64,000 bases of DNA, taken from positions 778,270 through 842,269 of the forward strand of contig CAVTON010000001.1 of NCBI GenBank assembly GCA_963736455.1, read 5' to 3'. The notes under the pieces are model-generated. The model made no database searches and was not told where the DNA came from. It saw only the letters and a program-made list of their open reading frames with translations. Every line of letters starts with the position of its first letter. The stretch's first letter is position 1. Below are positions 34,758 to 45,057 of this stretch, in pieces. This DNA is from an uncultured Acidobacteriota bacterium (GTDB lineage Bacteria; Acidobacteriota; Thermoanaerobaculia; UBA5066; Gp7-AA6). Both the position numbers and the translations under genes were made by a program.

Positions 34758-35120
34758 ATGCGTTTCCTCGTCCGGCTCCTCATCAATGCCGCGGCGCTCT
34801 GGGTCGCCGTCCGGATCATCCCCGGGATCAGCTACACCTCGGCCGACTGGGTTCCCTTTTTCGCCGTCGCCCTCCTCTTCGGCGTCGTCAACGCCTTCAT
34901 CCGCCCGGTCGTCAAGCTCCTCTCGCTTCCCCTCATCATCCTGACGCTCGGGCTCTTCGCCCTCGTCGTCAACGGCCTGATGCTGCTGCTGACGAGCCGG
35001 CTCTCCGAGGCCCTCGGCCTCCACTTCCACGTCGAAGGGTGCGGGACCGCGATCCTCGGCGCCCTCGTCGTCTCGATCGTCAGCGCGCTGCTGTCGATGT
35101 TCCTGGCGGAACCCGATTAA
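34758..35120 (+). CDS. PF04020-like (phage holin family IV / DUF360) small membrane protein
   Basis: 120 aa with 3-4 TM helices; LINAAALWVAVRIIPGI...FIRPVVKLLSLPLIILTLGLFALVVNGLML is typical of this family. Confidence 0.5.
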   Translation: MRFLVRLLINAAALWVAVRIIPGISYTSADWVPFFAVALLFGVVNAFIRPVVKLLSLPLIILTLGLFALVVNGLMLLLTSRLSEALGLHFHVEGCGTAILGALVVSIVSALLSMFLAEPD

Positions 35121-35253
35121 ACGTCGCCTCTCGGACTTCGAGCGGGCCGCTGCGCGGCCCGACCGAAGAGAGAGGGGACGTCGCGATGGGTCCACCTCCC
35201 GGGAAGTATCGCGGGTCCTTCGGACTTTCCTCGCTCACGCTTCCCGCCGCGAA

Positions 35254-36768
35254 CTAGCGGGTGATTTCCTCTCGCCGAATCGGAAGCCGGCCGCTGAGCT
35301 TCGCCAGTCTCCTCAACCGCTCCGCGAGCTCCGGGCGCCAGGCATCCGCGGGCGCTCGCCAACCCCAGTTGCCGGCGGGCTCGGAAGGCGTGTTCATGCG
35401 CGCCTCGCTGCCGAGGCCGAGCACGTCCTGGAGGGGCACGACCGCGCGGTCGGCGACCGAGCCGTAGGCGGCGCGAATGAGCGTCCATTCGATTTCGCGC
35501 CCATCGCCGCCGAGGTAGTCGAAGACGCGCTCCCGCTCCTCGGGTTTCAGGGCGGCATACCAGCCGCGCGCGGTGTCGTTGTCGTGCGTCCCCGTGTAGA
35601 CGACGCCATTCGGGACGTGGCGATGCGGCAGATATTCGCTGTCGGATCCGTAGAAGGCGAACTGCAGGACCTTCATCCCGGGAAAGCCCAGCTCGTCGAG
35701 CAGCGTCCGCACCGCGGGCGTGATGTCTCCCAGATCCTCGGCGAGAATCGGGAGGGGACCGAGGGCGGCGCGCGCCGCGTCGAAGAGACGCCGCCCCGGC
35801 CCCGGGACCCAGCGGCCTCCGAGCGCCGTCTTCTCGACCGCGGGGATCGACCAGTACGACTCGAAGGCGCGGAAGTGGTCGATGCGCAGCAGGTCGCAGG
35901 ACGCGAGGCACGAGCGGATGCGCGCGATCCACCAGGCGTAGCCTTCGTCCTCCAGACGGTCCCAGCGATAGAGGGGATTGCCCCAGAGCTGACCGGTCGT
36001 GCTGAAGTAGTCGGGAGGCACGCCGGCGACGTCGGTCGGACGCCCGGTTCCGTCGAGCTGGAAGAGGTCCTGGTTGCCCCAGACGTCCGCGCTGTCGTGG
36101 GCCACGTAGATGGGGATGTCTCCGATGAGCGCGATGCCGCGCCCGTGCGCCTCGCCGCGGAGGCTCTCCCACTGACGACGAAAGAGAAACTGCACGTAGC
36201 GGTGAAAGGCCATCTCGTCGGCGAGCTCCGCGTCGGCCGCCGCGAGCGCGTCCCGATCGCGGAACGCGAGATCCGGCCCCCAGTCGGTCCACGGACGCCC
36301 GCCCAGGCGCGCCTTGAGCGCGGCGAACCGCACCCAGTCCTCGAGCCAGGGCTTCTGCGCGGCGCCGCGCACGAACGCCAGGAGCTCCTCGCGCAGCGGC
36401 GATGAGCCGGCGGTCCCGGAGAAGCGCGTCCAGGATTCGCGCAGCAGCCGCTCCTTCCAGCCGCGGGCCGCGGAAAAGTCCACGCGCCCCCCCGCCCACG
36501 GCGCTTCGGCGAGGGCGCCGGAGGCGAGCAGGTCCTCCTCGACCAGGCGCTCGGGCGAGATCAGCAGCGGGTTGCCGGCAAACGCCGAGGCGCTCGTGTA
36601 GGGCGAGTGGCCGGCGCCCGTCGGACCGAGCGGGAGCACCTGCCACAGCGTCTGCCCCGCGGATTCGGCCCAGGCGAGGAAGCGCGCCGCGGAGGGGCCG
36701 AGATCGCCGACCGGCAAAGGTCCGGGCAGCGACGTCGGATGGAGGAGGATCCCGGCGCAGCGCGTCAT
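35254..36768 (-). CDS. malQ: 4-alpha-glucanotransferase (amylomaltase, GH77)
   Basis: GILLHPTSLPG ... LRIDHFRAF ... GTHDNDT signature blocks; 504 aa. Confidence 0.9.
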   Translation of the reverse strand: MTRCAGILLHPTSLPGPLPVGDLGPSAARFLAWAESAGQTLWQVLPLGPTGAGHSPYTSASAFAGNPLLISPERLVEEDLLASGALAEAPWAGGRVDFSAARGWKERLLRESWTRFSGTAGSSPLREELLAFVRGAAQKPWLEDWVRFAALKARLGGRPWTDWGPDLAFRDRDALAAADAELADEMAFHRYVQFLFRRQWESLRGEAHGRGIALIGDIPIYVAHDSADVWGNQDLFQLDGTGRPTDVAGVPPDYFSTTGQLWGNPLYRWDRLEDEGYAWWIARIRSCLASCDLLRIDHFRAFESYWSIPAVEKTALGGRWVPGPGRRLFDAARAALGPLPILAEDLGDITPAVRTLLDELGFPGMKVLQFAFYGSDSEYLPHRHVPNGVVYTGTHDNDTARGWYAALKPEERERVFDYLGGDGREIEWTLIRAAYGSVADRAVVPLQDVLGLGSEARMNTPSEPAGNWGWRAPADAWRPELAERLRRLAKLSGRLPIRREEITR

Positions 36769-36799
36769 GCTCGGCGAGCGCCGGAGGGCGCTGGCGCGG

Positions 36800-39343
36800 C
36801 TAGCCCGAGGACGTGTATCGCTTCGCTTCCCGGCTCCGGTCGCCCCACCACAGCATCATCCCCGTCTCGTTCGGGTGCGCCAGGGCCGCATGGAACGGGC
36901 GCACGCGCAGAGTGTAGCCGAGCCCTTCGCCCGAGGGCTTGCGGTGGGTGAGTCGAAAGACCCCGAGCTCGCCCTCGCGTCCGACGGGATCGAGCCTGAC
37001 CGGGCCGCCCGATTCGAGAGTCCCGTCGGCCTCGATCGGTCCCTCGAAGATCTCGACCGAGACGTCGCCGGAATCCAGCGGCCCGAGCGAGAGCCGCGCC
37101 TCGATCTCGAACGCCGCTGCCGGAGGGAGCGTCGCCGGGTCCGGCTCGATCGAGACGCCTTCGAAGCGGACGCCCGGCCAGGCGGCCCGGACGCGCCCCT
37201 TCCAGGCGACCAGCCGCTTCAGAGGCTCTCGTCCGACCTCCTTCATGGCGCGGCGGTGGAACGCGCCCGGCACGTAGCACTGCTCGAGATATTCCGAGAG
37301 CATCCGATCGGACGAGAAGGCCCGGGCCACCTTCGAGGCCGCTGCGATCATGCGGTCGATCCACCTCTGCGGCAGCCCCGAGGCGTCGCGATCGAAGAAC
37401 ATCGGGAGGACCCGCTTCTCGAGCACGTCGTACAGCGCCTGGGCGACGTCCTCGTCGCTCGCCTGATCCTTCGCCTCGCCGATGACGAAGCCGGCCTCGT
37501 CGTGCGGCGCCTCGTCCCACCAGCCGTCCAGGACCGAGAGATTCAGGGCGCCGTTCATCGCCGCCTTCATGCCGGAGGTGCCGGAGGCCTCGCGGGGGCG
37601 CTCGGGCGTGTTCAACCAGACGTCGCATCCGGCGACGAGCAGGCGCGCGAGCGCCATGTCGTAGTCGGGCAGGAACACGACCCGGCTCTTCAGCTCCGGA
37701 CGCTCGGCCGCCCGCGCCACCGTGCGCAGGAACTCCTTTCCCGCTTCGTCGCGCGGGTGGGCCTTGCCCGCGAAGAGGATCTGGACGGGCCGCCCGATCT
37801 GGTGGAGCAGGTACTCGAGACGCTTCGGCTCCCGGAAGAGGAGCGTGGCGCGCTTGTACGTGGCGAAGCGGCGCGCGAATCCGATGGTCAGCGCCCGCGG
37901 ATCGAGGAGTCCCGACGCCTCGGCGACCTCCTCCTCGTGGGCGCCGAGCCGCCGCTTCTCCTCCGCCAGCTTCTGCCGGCACGCCGCGACCAGACGGCCG
38001 CGCTGCTCCTCGTGGGCGTGCCAGAGCGCCCCCCGGTCGACGTCCTCGGGCTTGTCGAGAACGCCGGTCGCGGCGATCTCCGGCGCCGTCCACGTCGCTC
38101 CGTGGACGCCGTTGGTGATCGGCCGGATCGGCACCTCCGAGAGCGGCAGGTCGGGCATGACGCCGCGCCAGAGCCGGCGCGAGACGCCGGCGTGCAGCCG
38201 GGAGACGGCGTTCTGATGCGTCGAGAGCCGCATCGCGAGCACCGCCATGGAAAAGAGATCGCGCGACTGGTCGCCGACCTCGCGGCCGAGGTCGAAGAAC
38301 TCGTCGAACGAGATGGCGAGCTCGTTGACGTAGCCGCCGAAGTACTTCCACAGCAGCTCGGGCGTGAACACGTCGATGCCCGCCGGGACCGGCGTGTGCG
38401 TCGTGAAGATGTTCCCGGTCGTGGCGGCCTCCCGCGCCTCGGCAAACGAGAGGTGCTCCTCCTGGACGAGATGACGAATCTTCTCGAGCGAGACGAAGGC
38501 GGCGTGTCCCTCGTTGATGTGGCGGATCGTCGGCCAGATGCCGACTTTCTCGAGGGCGCGCGAGCCCCCGATGCCGAGGACGATCTCCTGCTGCAGGCGT
38601 GTCTCGTGGCCGCCTCCATAGAGACGCGCCGTGATCTCCCGGTCGGGGGGCTCGTTCTCGGGAAGATTCGAGTCGAGGAGGAGGAGCGGGACGCGGCCGA
38701 CCCGCGCCATGCGCACGAGCAGCTGAACGTTCCGGCCGGCCAGATCCACGGAGACGACCGGGGGACTCCCGTCCGGCGTCTCGGCGATCGAAAGAGGCAG
38801 ATCGTCGGGCTCCAGGATCGGGTACGCCTCGTTCTGCATCCCGTCGGCGTCCACGACCTGCCGGAAATATCCCTCGCGGTAGAAGATGCCGACGCCGCAG
38901 AGCGGCACGCCGATGTCGCTCGAGGACTTCAGGTGGTCGCCGGCGAGAACGCCCAGTCCCCCGGCGTAGATCGGCAGAATCTCGGTCAGGCCGAACTCGG
39001 CGGAGAAGTAGGCGATCCGCTCCCCCCGCGCGACCAGCTCCCGCGCCGCCGGATGCCTCGGCTCGGCCAGGTCCTCCTCGGTCAGCCGCCGCGTCGTCGC
39101 CAGGAGGTCCTCCTGGTACCGGGGGTCCTCGGCCGCCCGCCGGAGCCGTTCGGCCGGCGCTTCCCGGAAGAGGCGGACCGGATTTCCGCCGGAGCGCTTC
39201 CAGGCCTCCGGGTCGAGCATCTCGAAGAGCGCCCTCAGCTCCGGCCGCCACGTCCAACGGAGGTCGTGAGAGAGGGCGAAGAGGGGAAGGAGCTTTTCGG
39301 GAACGCCGGAAACCCGAAAGGCCTTTTCGAGAACGGGTGTCAA
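36800..39343 (-). CDS. glgP: Alpha-glucan phosphorylase (GT35, DUF3417-type N-terminus)
   Basis: YFSAEFGL...LPIYAGGLGVLAGDH and the PLP site EASGTSGMKAAMNGALNLS; 847 aa. Confidence 0.9.
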   Translation of the reverse strand: MTPVLEKAFRVSGVPEKLLPLFALSHDLRWTWRPELRALFEMLDPEAWKRSGGNPVRLFREAPAERLRRAAEDPRYQEDLLATTRRLTEEDLAEPRHPAARELVARGERIAYFSAEFGLTEILPIYAGGLGVLAGDHLKSSSDIGVPLCGVGIFYREGYFRQVVDADGMQNEAYPILEPDDLPLSIAETPDGSPPVVSVDLAGRNVQLLVRMARVGRVPLLLLDSNLPENEPPDREITARLYGGGHETRLQQEIVLGIGGSRALEKVGIWPTIRHINEGHAAFVSLEKIRHLVQEEHLSFAEAREAATTGNIFTTHTPVPAGIDVFTPELLWKYFGGYVNELAISFDEFFDLGREVGDQSRDLFSMAVLAMRLSTHQNAVSRLHAGVSRRLWRGVMPDLPLSEVPIRPITNGVHGATWTAPEIAATGVLDKPEDVDRGALWHAHEEQRGRLVAACRQKLAEEKRRLGAHEEEVAEASGLLDPRALTIGFARRFATYKRATLLFREPKRLEYLLHQIGRPVQILFAGKAHPRDEAGKEFLRTVARAAERPELKSRVVFLPDYDMALARLLVAGCDVWLNTPERPREASGTSGMKAAMNGALNLSVLDGWWDEAPHDEAGFVIGEAKDQASDEDVAQALYDVLEKRVLPMFFDRDASGLPQRWIDRMIAAASKVARAFSSDRMLSEYLEQCYVPGAFHRRAMKEVGREPLKRLVAWKGRVRAAWPGVRFEGVSIEPDPATLPPAAAFEIEARLSLGPLDSGDVSVEIFEGPIEADGTLESGGPVRLDPVGREGELGVFRLTHRKPSGEGLGYTLRVRPFHAALAHPNETGMMLWWGDRSREAKRYTSSG

Positions 39344-39392
39344 CTCGCCGGCTAGTGTAGCAGAGGCGAAACGAGCGCTAAGCCTCGATGGG

Positions 39393-41906
39393 TCAGTGGT
39401 CTGCGCGCGGTTCTGATTCCGGACCTTCGGTCACTTTGACGTCGAGCTTCCGGCCGAGCGAGAGAAACTTCCGGACCCACCTGGCGGCATCCTCGAAGCC
39501 CGAGGCGGCCTCCCGTCTGCGGGCGGCGAGCAGACCGCGCGAGAGCTGGTAGTAGGCATTCTGGACCTGCCAGAAATCCACTTCGAAGGGAAGCTGCCGG
39601 GCCAGATCCACGACCGCCTCGAGCTCCTCCAAGCGACCGAGCTCCGACGGGCTCGACCGCAGGCCCTCGGCCAGCCTCTCGAGGGCGAGCTCGACGGCGC
39701 GGCCGAGACCGTCCTCGTGCAGGGTGACACCCACTTCTCGCGCCTCGTCGAGCACCGCCGACCACCGGGAAGGATCCGGCACTTCGGCCTCGAGCGTCCG
39801 CCGGAGACTCGTATTGAGCGCGAGCTCGGCGGCCATCCGGAACCCGCGCGGCGAAGCGATGCCGTGGCTCGACAGGAAGCGCATGAGCGGAGCGTGCTCC
39901 TCGTAGATCTGCCGATACGCGGCGTCGGCCTCCTCGAGGACGGAGCGAAGGATGAAGGCGACGACCCGCTGCTGCTCGTCGCGGAAGAGAAGCCGCAGCG
40001 TGTAGGTTCCCGACCCGAAGACGCGATCCACCGTGCGAAGCGTCTCCGTCAGGTCGGCCTGACGGAACGGCTCTTCGATCGCCGCCGTGAGCCGTTCGTA
40101 CTCTGCCGCGCCGGGAAAATGGATCGCGCCGCCCGACAGGTTGTGGTCTCCGAGGTGCAGGACGCCATAGGCGATCTCCTCCGACTCCCCCGTGATCGCC
40201 GACTTCACGCGGGCGCGGCCCCGAGAGAGCCGGGCCCTCCCGCTCGAGAACAGCCGCGCGTCCAGCCGCTCCACGTCGTAGCAGTAGATCCGCGCGCTCT
40301 CGCCGTAATCGGAAAAGAGCGAGTTGACGCCGTAATGCGCCCCCACCTTCACGAGCGAAACGACCGCGGGCCGGACCGATTCCTCGTAGATGCGGCGGCC
40401 GTCGCCGGCCGCGGCGTCGTTGCTCTTCGCCTTCTCGAGGAGCGCGAGAAACGGCTCCTCCAGGCCGGGCCCGAAGAGCTCCCCCGAAAGCTGAAGCACT
40501 CGCCCGGCGTACTGGACCACCTGGCGCGCCTCGATTCCGCCGAGGTCGTCGAAAAACCAGCCGCAGCTCGTGTACATGAGCTGCGCGTGCCGCTGGAGCT
40601 CGAGGAGTCTCAGGGCCTCGATCCGCTCGGGGTCGCTCAAGGAGCGGGCGGCCTCGGCCGCGAGGAAGCGCTGCACGGATACGGGGCTGCGATCGAGCAG
40701 CACGTCGATGTAACCGTCGCGCGCCCGCCACGGATCGGCGAGCAGGGCGCCCGCCTTCGCCTCCCACAGCGGCGCCAGCGTGTCGCGGAGGGCGTCGAGG
40801 GCCGCTCGCAGGGGAGCGCGCCAGGCCTGCGACCAGCCGGGGTGGGCGCCCGTCTGACAGCCGCAGTCGCCCCTCCAGCGCTCGATCCCATGGGCGCAGC
40901 TCCACGACGTGTTCTCCACGATCGCGGCCTCGTGGGTCGGGGGATGTTTCTCGAGATACTCGCCGTAGTTCGTCAGCGTCGCCAGCTGCCGGGCCTCGAG
41001 CGTGTGCAGGGCGTAGGCGAGCGCCATGTCGCCGTGCCGGTGATGATGGCCATACGTCTCGCCGTCGGTCGCGATGTGCACGAGCTGGGGCCGGGCGGAG
41101 CCCTCGGCATACGCGCCGGCGAGCCGCTCGGCGAACCGCTCGCCCGCCGAGAGGAGTCGGTCGAACGCGACGGCGCGGGAGATCGGCCCGTCGTAGAAGA
41201 AGACGGCGAGCGAAGCCCCCGAGGGCAGCGACACGCGGTACGGCATCGTCGGGTCCACGCGATCCGGCGCGACGTCGCTCCACTTGGTCTCTCCGAGGGC
41301 GCGCACGCGGCCCGCCTGGTGCGGAGCGAGGATCGTGAAGGCGATCCCCTCCGCCGCGAGGGCCTCGAGCGTGGGCAGGTCCACCGCCGTCTCCGGCAGC
41401 CACATGCCCTCGGGCCGGCGCCCGAACCGGTGCGCGAACTCCCGCGCCCCCCAAATGACCTGCGTGCGCCGGTCGCGCGCGTTCGCGAGCGGCAGGATCA
41501 CGTGGTTGTAGGCCTGGGCGAGCGCCGATCCGTGGCCCCCGAAGCGGCGCACGCTCTCGGAGTCCGCCGCGAGGAGCGCCCGATAGACCTCGGGCTCCTT
41601 TTCCTCGAGCCACGACAGGAGCGTCGGGCCGAAATTGAAGCTCATCGAGGAGTAGTTGTTGACGATCTCGACGATCCGGTTCTCGCCATCGAGAATGCGG
41701 GCGTTGGCGTTCGGCGCGTAGCACTCGGCCGCGATCCGCGCGTTCCAATCGTGGTACGGGTATGCGCTGGGCTGGCCCTCGATCGACTCGAGCCACGGGT
41801 TCTCGCGCGGGGGCTGATAGAAATGGCCGTGGATGCAGACGTAGCGGACGTTTCGAGCGGCGCTCGACGCGTCCACGGAAGGAACGGAAGGTCGCGCCTC
41901 GGTCAT
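39393..41906 (-). CDS. Glycoside hydrolase family 57 protein with DUF3536 C-terminal region
   Basis: YVCIHGHFYQPPRENPW and HIATDGETYGHHH are GH57 catalytic-region hallmarks; 837 aa; ATG at 41906 overlaps the glgB stop by 4 nt. The upstream 2.1 kb of the 1557-aa ORF is an artefact. Confidence 0.85.
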   Translation of the reverse strand: MTEARPSVPSVDASSAARNVRYVCIHGHFYQPPRENPWLESIEGQPSAYPYHDWNARIAAECYAPNANARILDGENRIVEIVNNYSSMSFNFGPTLLSWLEEKEPEVYRALLAADSESVRRFGGHGSALAQAYNHVILPLANARDRRTQVIWGAREFAHRFGRRPEGMWLPETAVDLPTLEALAAEGIAFTILAPHQAGRVRALGETKWSDVAPDRVDPTMPYRVSLPSGASLAVFFYDGPISRAVAFDRLLSAGERFAERLAGAYAEGSARPQLVHIATDGETYGHHHRHGDMALAYALHTLEARQLATLTNYGEYLEKHPPTHEAAIVENTSWSCAHGIERWRGDCGCQTGAHPGWSQAWRAPLRAALDALRDTLAPLWEAKAGALLADPWRARDGYIDVLLDRSPVSVQRFLAAEAARSLSDPERIEALRLLELQRHAQLMYTSCGWFFDDLGGIEARQVVQYAGRVLQLSGELFGPGLEEPFLALLEKAKSNDAAAGDGRRIYEESVRPAVVSLVKVGAHYGVNSLFSDYGESARIYCYDVERLDARLFSSGRARLSRGRARVKSAITGESEEIAYGVLHLGDHNLSGGAIHFPGAAEYERLTAAIEEPFRQADLTETLRTVDRVFGSGTYTLRLLFRDEQQRVVAFILRSVLEEADAAYRQIYEEHAPLMRFLSSHGIASPRGFRMAAELALNTSLRRTLEAEVPDPSRWSAVLDEAREVGVTLHEDGLGRAVELALERLAEGLRSSPSELGRLEELEAVVDLARQLPFEVDFWQVQNAYYQLSRGLLAARRREAASGFEDAARWVRKFLSLGRKLDVKVTEGPESEPRADH

Positions 41907-44287
41907 TCTTCCGGTGAGAGCGCTTCCGGCAGGAGCCCCGCCGCCGCCGAGGCCGCGGCGGCCTCCGCAATCGGGCTCTCCTCGCCGGGCTTCAGGAAGA
42001 CGGCTCCGAGCGGCGGCAGCGTCAGCGAGAGGCTGTGCGAACGGCCGTGCGAGGGGACGGGCAGCGCGACCGCGCGGCCCCGGTTGCCCATGCCGCTGCC
42101 GCCGTAGACCTCCGCGTCGCTGTTGAGGATCTCGAGCCAGTCGCCCGCAAAATCCACACCGATCAGGTAGCCCGGGCGCGGAACGGGCGTGAAGTTGAAC
42201 ACGGCGGCAATCCGTTCGCGCGGGCCGCGGCCCCGGCGCTCGAGCGAAACCACGCTGTGATCGGCATCGTGGCAGTCGATCCACTCGAACCCGCGCGGGT
42301 CGAAGTCGAGAGCGTGGAGCGCCGGCTCGGCGGCATAGAGGCGGTTCAGATCGCGCACCCAGAGCTCGAGGCCCGCGTGCCGCGGCTCTCCGAGCAGGCT
42401 CCAGTCGAGGCTCGCGTCGTGGTTCCATTCGTTGCGCTGCCCGAACTCGCCTCCCATGAAGAGAAGCTTCTTGCCGGCCTCCGCCCACATGTAGGCGTAG
42501 AGAAGCCGCAGATTGGCGAACTTCTGCCAGTCGTCGCCCGGCATCTTCGAAAGGAGAGAGCGCTTCAGGTGCACGACCTCGTCGTGCGAGAGGGGCAGCA
42601 CGAAGTTCTCCGAGTACTGGTACATCCGCCGGAAGGTCAGCTCGTTGTGGTGGAACTTCCGGTGGATGGGGTCGAGCTCCATGTAGTCGAGCGTGTCGTT
42701 CATCCAGCCGAGGTCCCACTTCATGTCGAATCCGAGGCCGCCGACGTACGTGGGGCGCGACACCATCGGCCAGGCCGTCGACTCCTCGGCGATCATCAGG
42801 GTGTCGGGGTGACGCTCGCGCACCTCGTCGTTCAGGCGCCGCAGGAGCGAGATCGCCTCGAGGTTCTCCCAGCCGCCGTACCGATTGGGAATCCACTCCC
42901 CCGCCCTGCGCGAATAGTCGAGGTGCAGCATCGAGGCCACGGCGTCCACGCGGAGCCCGTCGGCGTGGTAGACCTCGAGCCAGTAGAGCGCCGACGAGAG
43001 CAGGAAGCTGCGCACCTCGTTGCGCCCGTAGTTGAAGATGCAGCTCGACCAGTCGGGGTGGTAGCCCTGGCGCCAGTCGGCATGCTCGTAGAGATGCGTG
43101 CCGTCGAAATACACCAGGCCGTGCTCGTCGGAGGGAAAGTGCGACGGCACCCAGTCGAGGATCACCCCGAGCCCGGCCTGGTGGAGCGTGTCCACGAGGT
43201 ACATGAAGTCCTGCGGAGTGCCGAAGCGGCCGGTCGGGGCGAAGAAGCCGGTGACCTGGTACCCCCAGGAGCCTGTGAACGGGTGCTCCATCACCGGGAG
43301 AAGCTCGACGTGCGTGAAGCCGAGGTCGAGCGCGTGCTGCGCCAGCGAGCGCGCCGCCTCCCGGTAGGTCAGCGAGCGATTGGCCTCCTCGGGAACGCGG
43401 CGCCAGGATCCGAGGTGCACCTCGTAGATCGAGATCGGCGCCGAGGGCGACTGTCTCGTGGCGCGGGCCGCGGTCCACTTCTCGTCGCGCCAGCGGTACC
43501 CGAGGTCCCAGACGAGCGAGCCCGTCCGCGGAGGCGTCTCCTGCCGCACGGCGTAGGGGTCCGCCTTGTCGACGCGGTACGCGTTCTCGCGCGAGGCGAT
43601 CCGGTACTTGTAGATCGCGCCGCGCTCGACACCCGGAACGAAGGCCTCCCAGATTCCGGAATTGCCGATCGCCTCCAGGGGATGGCGCGCCGCGTCCCAG
43701 CCGTTGAAATCGCCGACGACCGAGATGCTCGCGGCATTCGGCGCGAAGACGGCGAAAGAGGTCCCGGCGACTCCGTCCACGACGCGGAGGTGCGATCCCA
43801 GCCGTTCCCATAGACGGAGGTGCGTACCTTCGTTGAAGAGATGGAGATCCTCGGGAGTGAGCAGTGAGGCGTCGTAACGGGGAGCGCCGGCGTGCGCGAC
43901 CGAACCCTGTCGTCGTCTCTCGGCCAGATCGCCCTCCGTGTCGTCCGGCAGTGTACCGCGGCCATCGGGGATAATGCGCCGCCATGGACGGAACGGCGCT
44001 CGTCGTGTGCGACGGCCTCTTCGCGACCGCCAATGCGAAGACGGCGCACGGCCTCGTGCGCGGCACGGAGCGCTACCGCGTCGTCGGCGTCGTGGACGCG
44101 CCGTCGGCGGGACGGGATGCGGGCGAGGTGCTCGACGGCGTGAAGCGGGGCATTCCGGCCTTCGCCTCGATCGCCGACGCGCTGCGCGCGCTGCCCGGGA
44201 AGCCCGACTTCTGCGTCGTCGGCGTCGCGACCTCGGGCGGCCGCCTGACGCCGGGTCTGCGCGGCCTGATGGCCGAGGCGATCGCAT
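41903..44287 (-). CDS. glgB: 1,4-alpha-glucan branching enzyme (GH13, CBM48 N-terminus); start codon uncertain
   Basis: From about 43890 downward it reads TPEDLHLFNEGTHLRLWERLGSHL...FAVFAPNAASISVVGDFNGWD (CBM48), followed by the GH13 core. The first 130 aa of the ORF are Arg-rich junk overlapping the DUF1611 gene. No ATG/GTG/TTG lies near the homology-predicted N-terminus (CTG at 43925-43927, ATT/ATC at 43970-43975), so the true 5' end is probably about 43900-43930. Confidence 0.8.
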   Translation of the reverse strand: MRSPRPSGRADPASGGRPRSRRRRRRSRASRAARAARRRSRRRPECPASRRRAPRPHPVPPTARPRRRRRGSAPCRARGRAPSSHWRSRRGRRTRRAPFRPWRRIIPDGRGTLPDDTEGDLAERRRQGSVAHAGAPRYDASLLTPEDLHLFNEGTHLRLWERLGSHLRVVDGVAGTSFAVFAPNAASISVVGDFNGWDAARHPLEAIGNSGIWEAFVPGVERGAIYKYRIASRENAYRVDKADPYAVRQETPPRTGSLVWDLGYRWRDEKWTAARATRQSPSAPISIYEVHLGSWRRVPEEANRSLTYREAARSLAQHALDLGFTHVELLPVMEHPFTGSWGYQVTGFFAPTGRFGTPQDFMYLVDTLHQAGLGVILDWVPSHFPSDEHGLVYFDGTHLYEHADWRQGYHPDWSSCIFNYGRNEVRSFLLSSALYWLEVYHADGLRVDAVASMLHLDYSRRAGEWIPNRYGGWENLEAISLLRRLNDEVRERHPDTLMIAEESTAWPMVSRPTYVGGLGFDMKWDLGWMNDTLDYMELDPIHRKFHHNELTFRRMYQYSENFVLPLSHDEVVHLKRSLLSKMPGDDWQKFANLRLLYAYMWAEAGKKLLFMGGEFGQRNEWNHDASLDWSLLGEPRHAGLELWVRDLNRLYAAEPALHALDFDPRGFEWIDCHDADHSVVSLERRGRGPRERIAAVFNFTPVPRPGYLIGVDFAGDWLEILNSDAEVYGGSGMGNRGRAVALPVPSHGRSHSLSLTLPPLGAVFLKPGEESPIAEAAAASAAAGLLPEALSPEE

Positions 44288-45057
44288 CGGGAATGTCGCT
44301 CGTCAACGGCCTTCACGAGTTCCTCTCCGACGATCCGGCGCTCGCCGCCGAGGCCCTGCGCCGGGGAGTCACGATCCGAGACGTCCGCAAGACGCCGCCG
44401 CGCGCGGCGCTCCACTTCTGGAGCGGCGAGATCCTCACCGTGGAGGCGCCCCGCGTCGCCGTGCTCGGCACCGACTGCGCCCTCGGCAAGCGCACGACCG
44501 CGCGCTTTCTCCTGGAGGCCTGCCGCGCGGTCGGCCTGTCGACCGAGCTGATCTACACGGGTCAGACCGGCTGGATGCAGGGGGCGCCGTTCGGCTTCAT
44601 CCTCGATTCGGTTCCGAACGACTTCGTGTCGGGAGAGCTCGAGCACGCGATCGTGTCGTGCTGGAAGGAGCGCCGGCCCGAGCTCATTCTCATCGAAGGA
44701 CAGTCGGCGCTGCGCAACCCGTCGGGGCCGTGCGGATCCGAGATGATTCTCTCCGGCCGCGCCGCCGGCGTCATCCTCCAGCACGCCCCCGGCCGGACGT
44801 TCTACGAAGGCCTCGAAGAGTTCGGCCTCCGCATTCCGCCGGTCTCCGAAGAGATCGACCTGATCCGGCGGCTCGGCGCCCGGACGCTCGCCGTGACGCT
44901 CAACGGCGAGGGCATGACGCCCGAGGACCTGCGAAACGAGCAGCAACGGCTGCGCTGGAAGCTCGGAATTCCGGTCGTCCGGCCGCTCGAGGACGGGGTC
45001 GGCGAGCTGCTTCCGGCCGTCCGAGAATTTCTTGCGAGCGAGGCGAAGGCCTCGTGA
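43984..45057 (+). CDS. DUF1611 domain protein (P-loop-like, partner of dipeptide epimerases)
   Basis: MDGTALVVCDGLFATANAKTAHGLVRGTERYRVVGVVD is the typical DUF1611 N-terminus; 357 aa. Confidence 0.75.
   Translation: MDGTALVVCDGLFATANAKTAHGLVRGTERYRVVGVVDAPSAGRDAGEVLDGVKRGIPAFASIADALRALPGKPDFCVVGVATSGGRLTPGLRGLMAEAIASGMSLVNGLHEFLSDDPALAAEALRRGVTIRDVRKTPPRAALHFWSGEILTVEAPRVAVLGTDCALGKRTTARFLLEACRAVGLSTELIYTGQTGWMQGAPFGFILDSVPNDFVSGELEHAIVSCWKERRPELILIEGQSALRNPSGPCGSEMILSGRAAGVILQHAPGRTFYEGLEEFGLRIPPVSEEIDLIRRLGARTLAVTLNGEGMTPEDLRNEQQRLRWKLGIPVVRPLEDGVGELLPAVREFLASEAKAS

Noticed and set aside
39393-44066. 1557-aa minus-strand ORF
   Set aside because: Fusion of the GH57 gene (39393-41906) with an out-of-frame overlap of glgB. 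The upstream part is Arg/Pro-rich junk.
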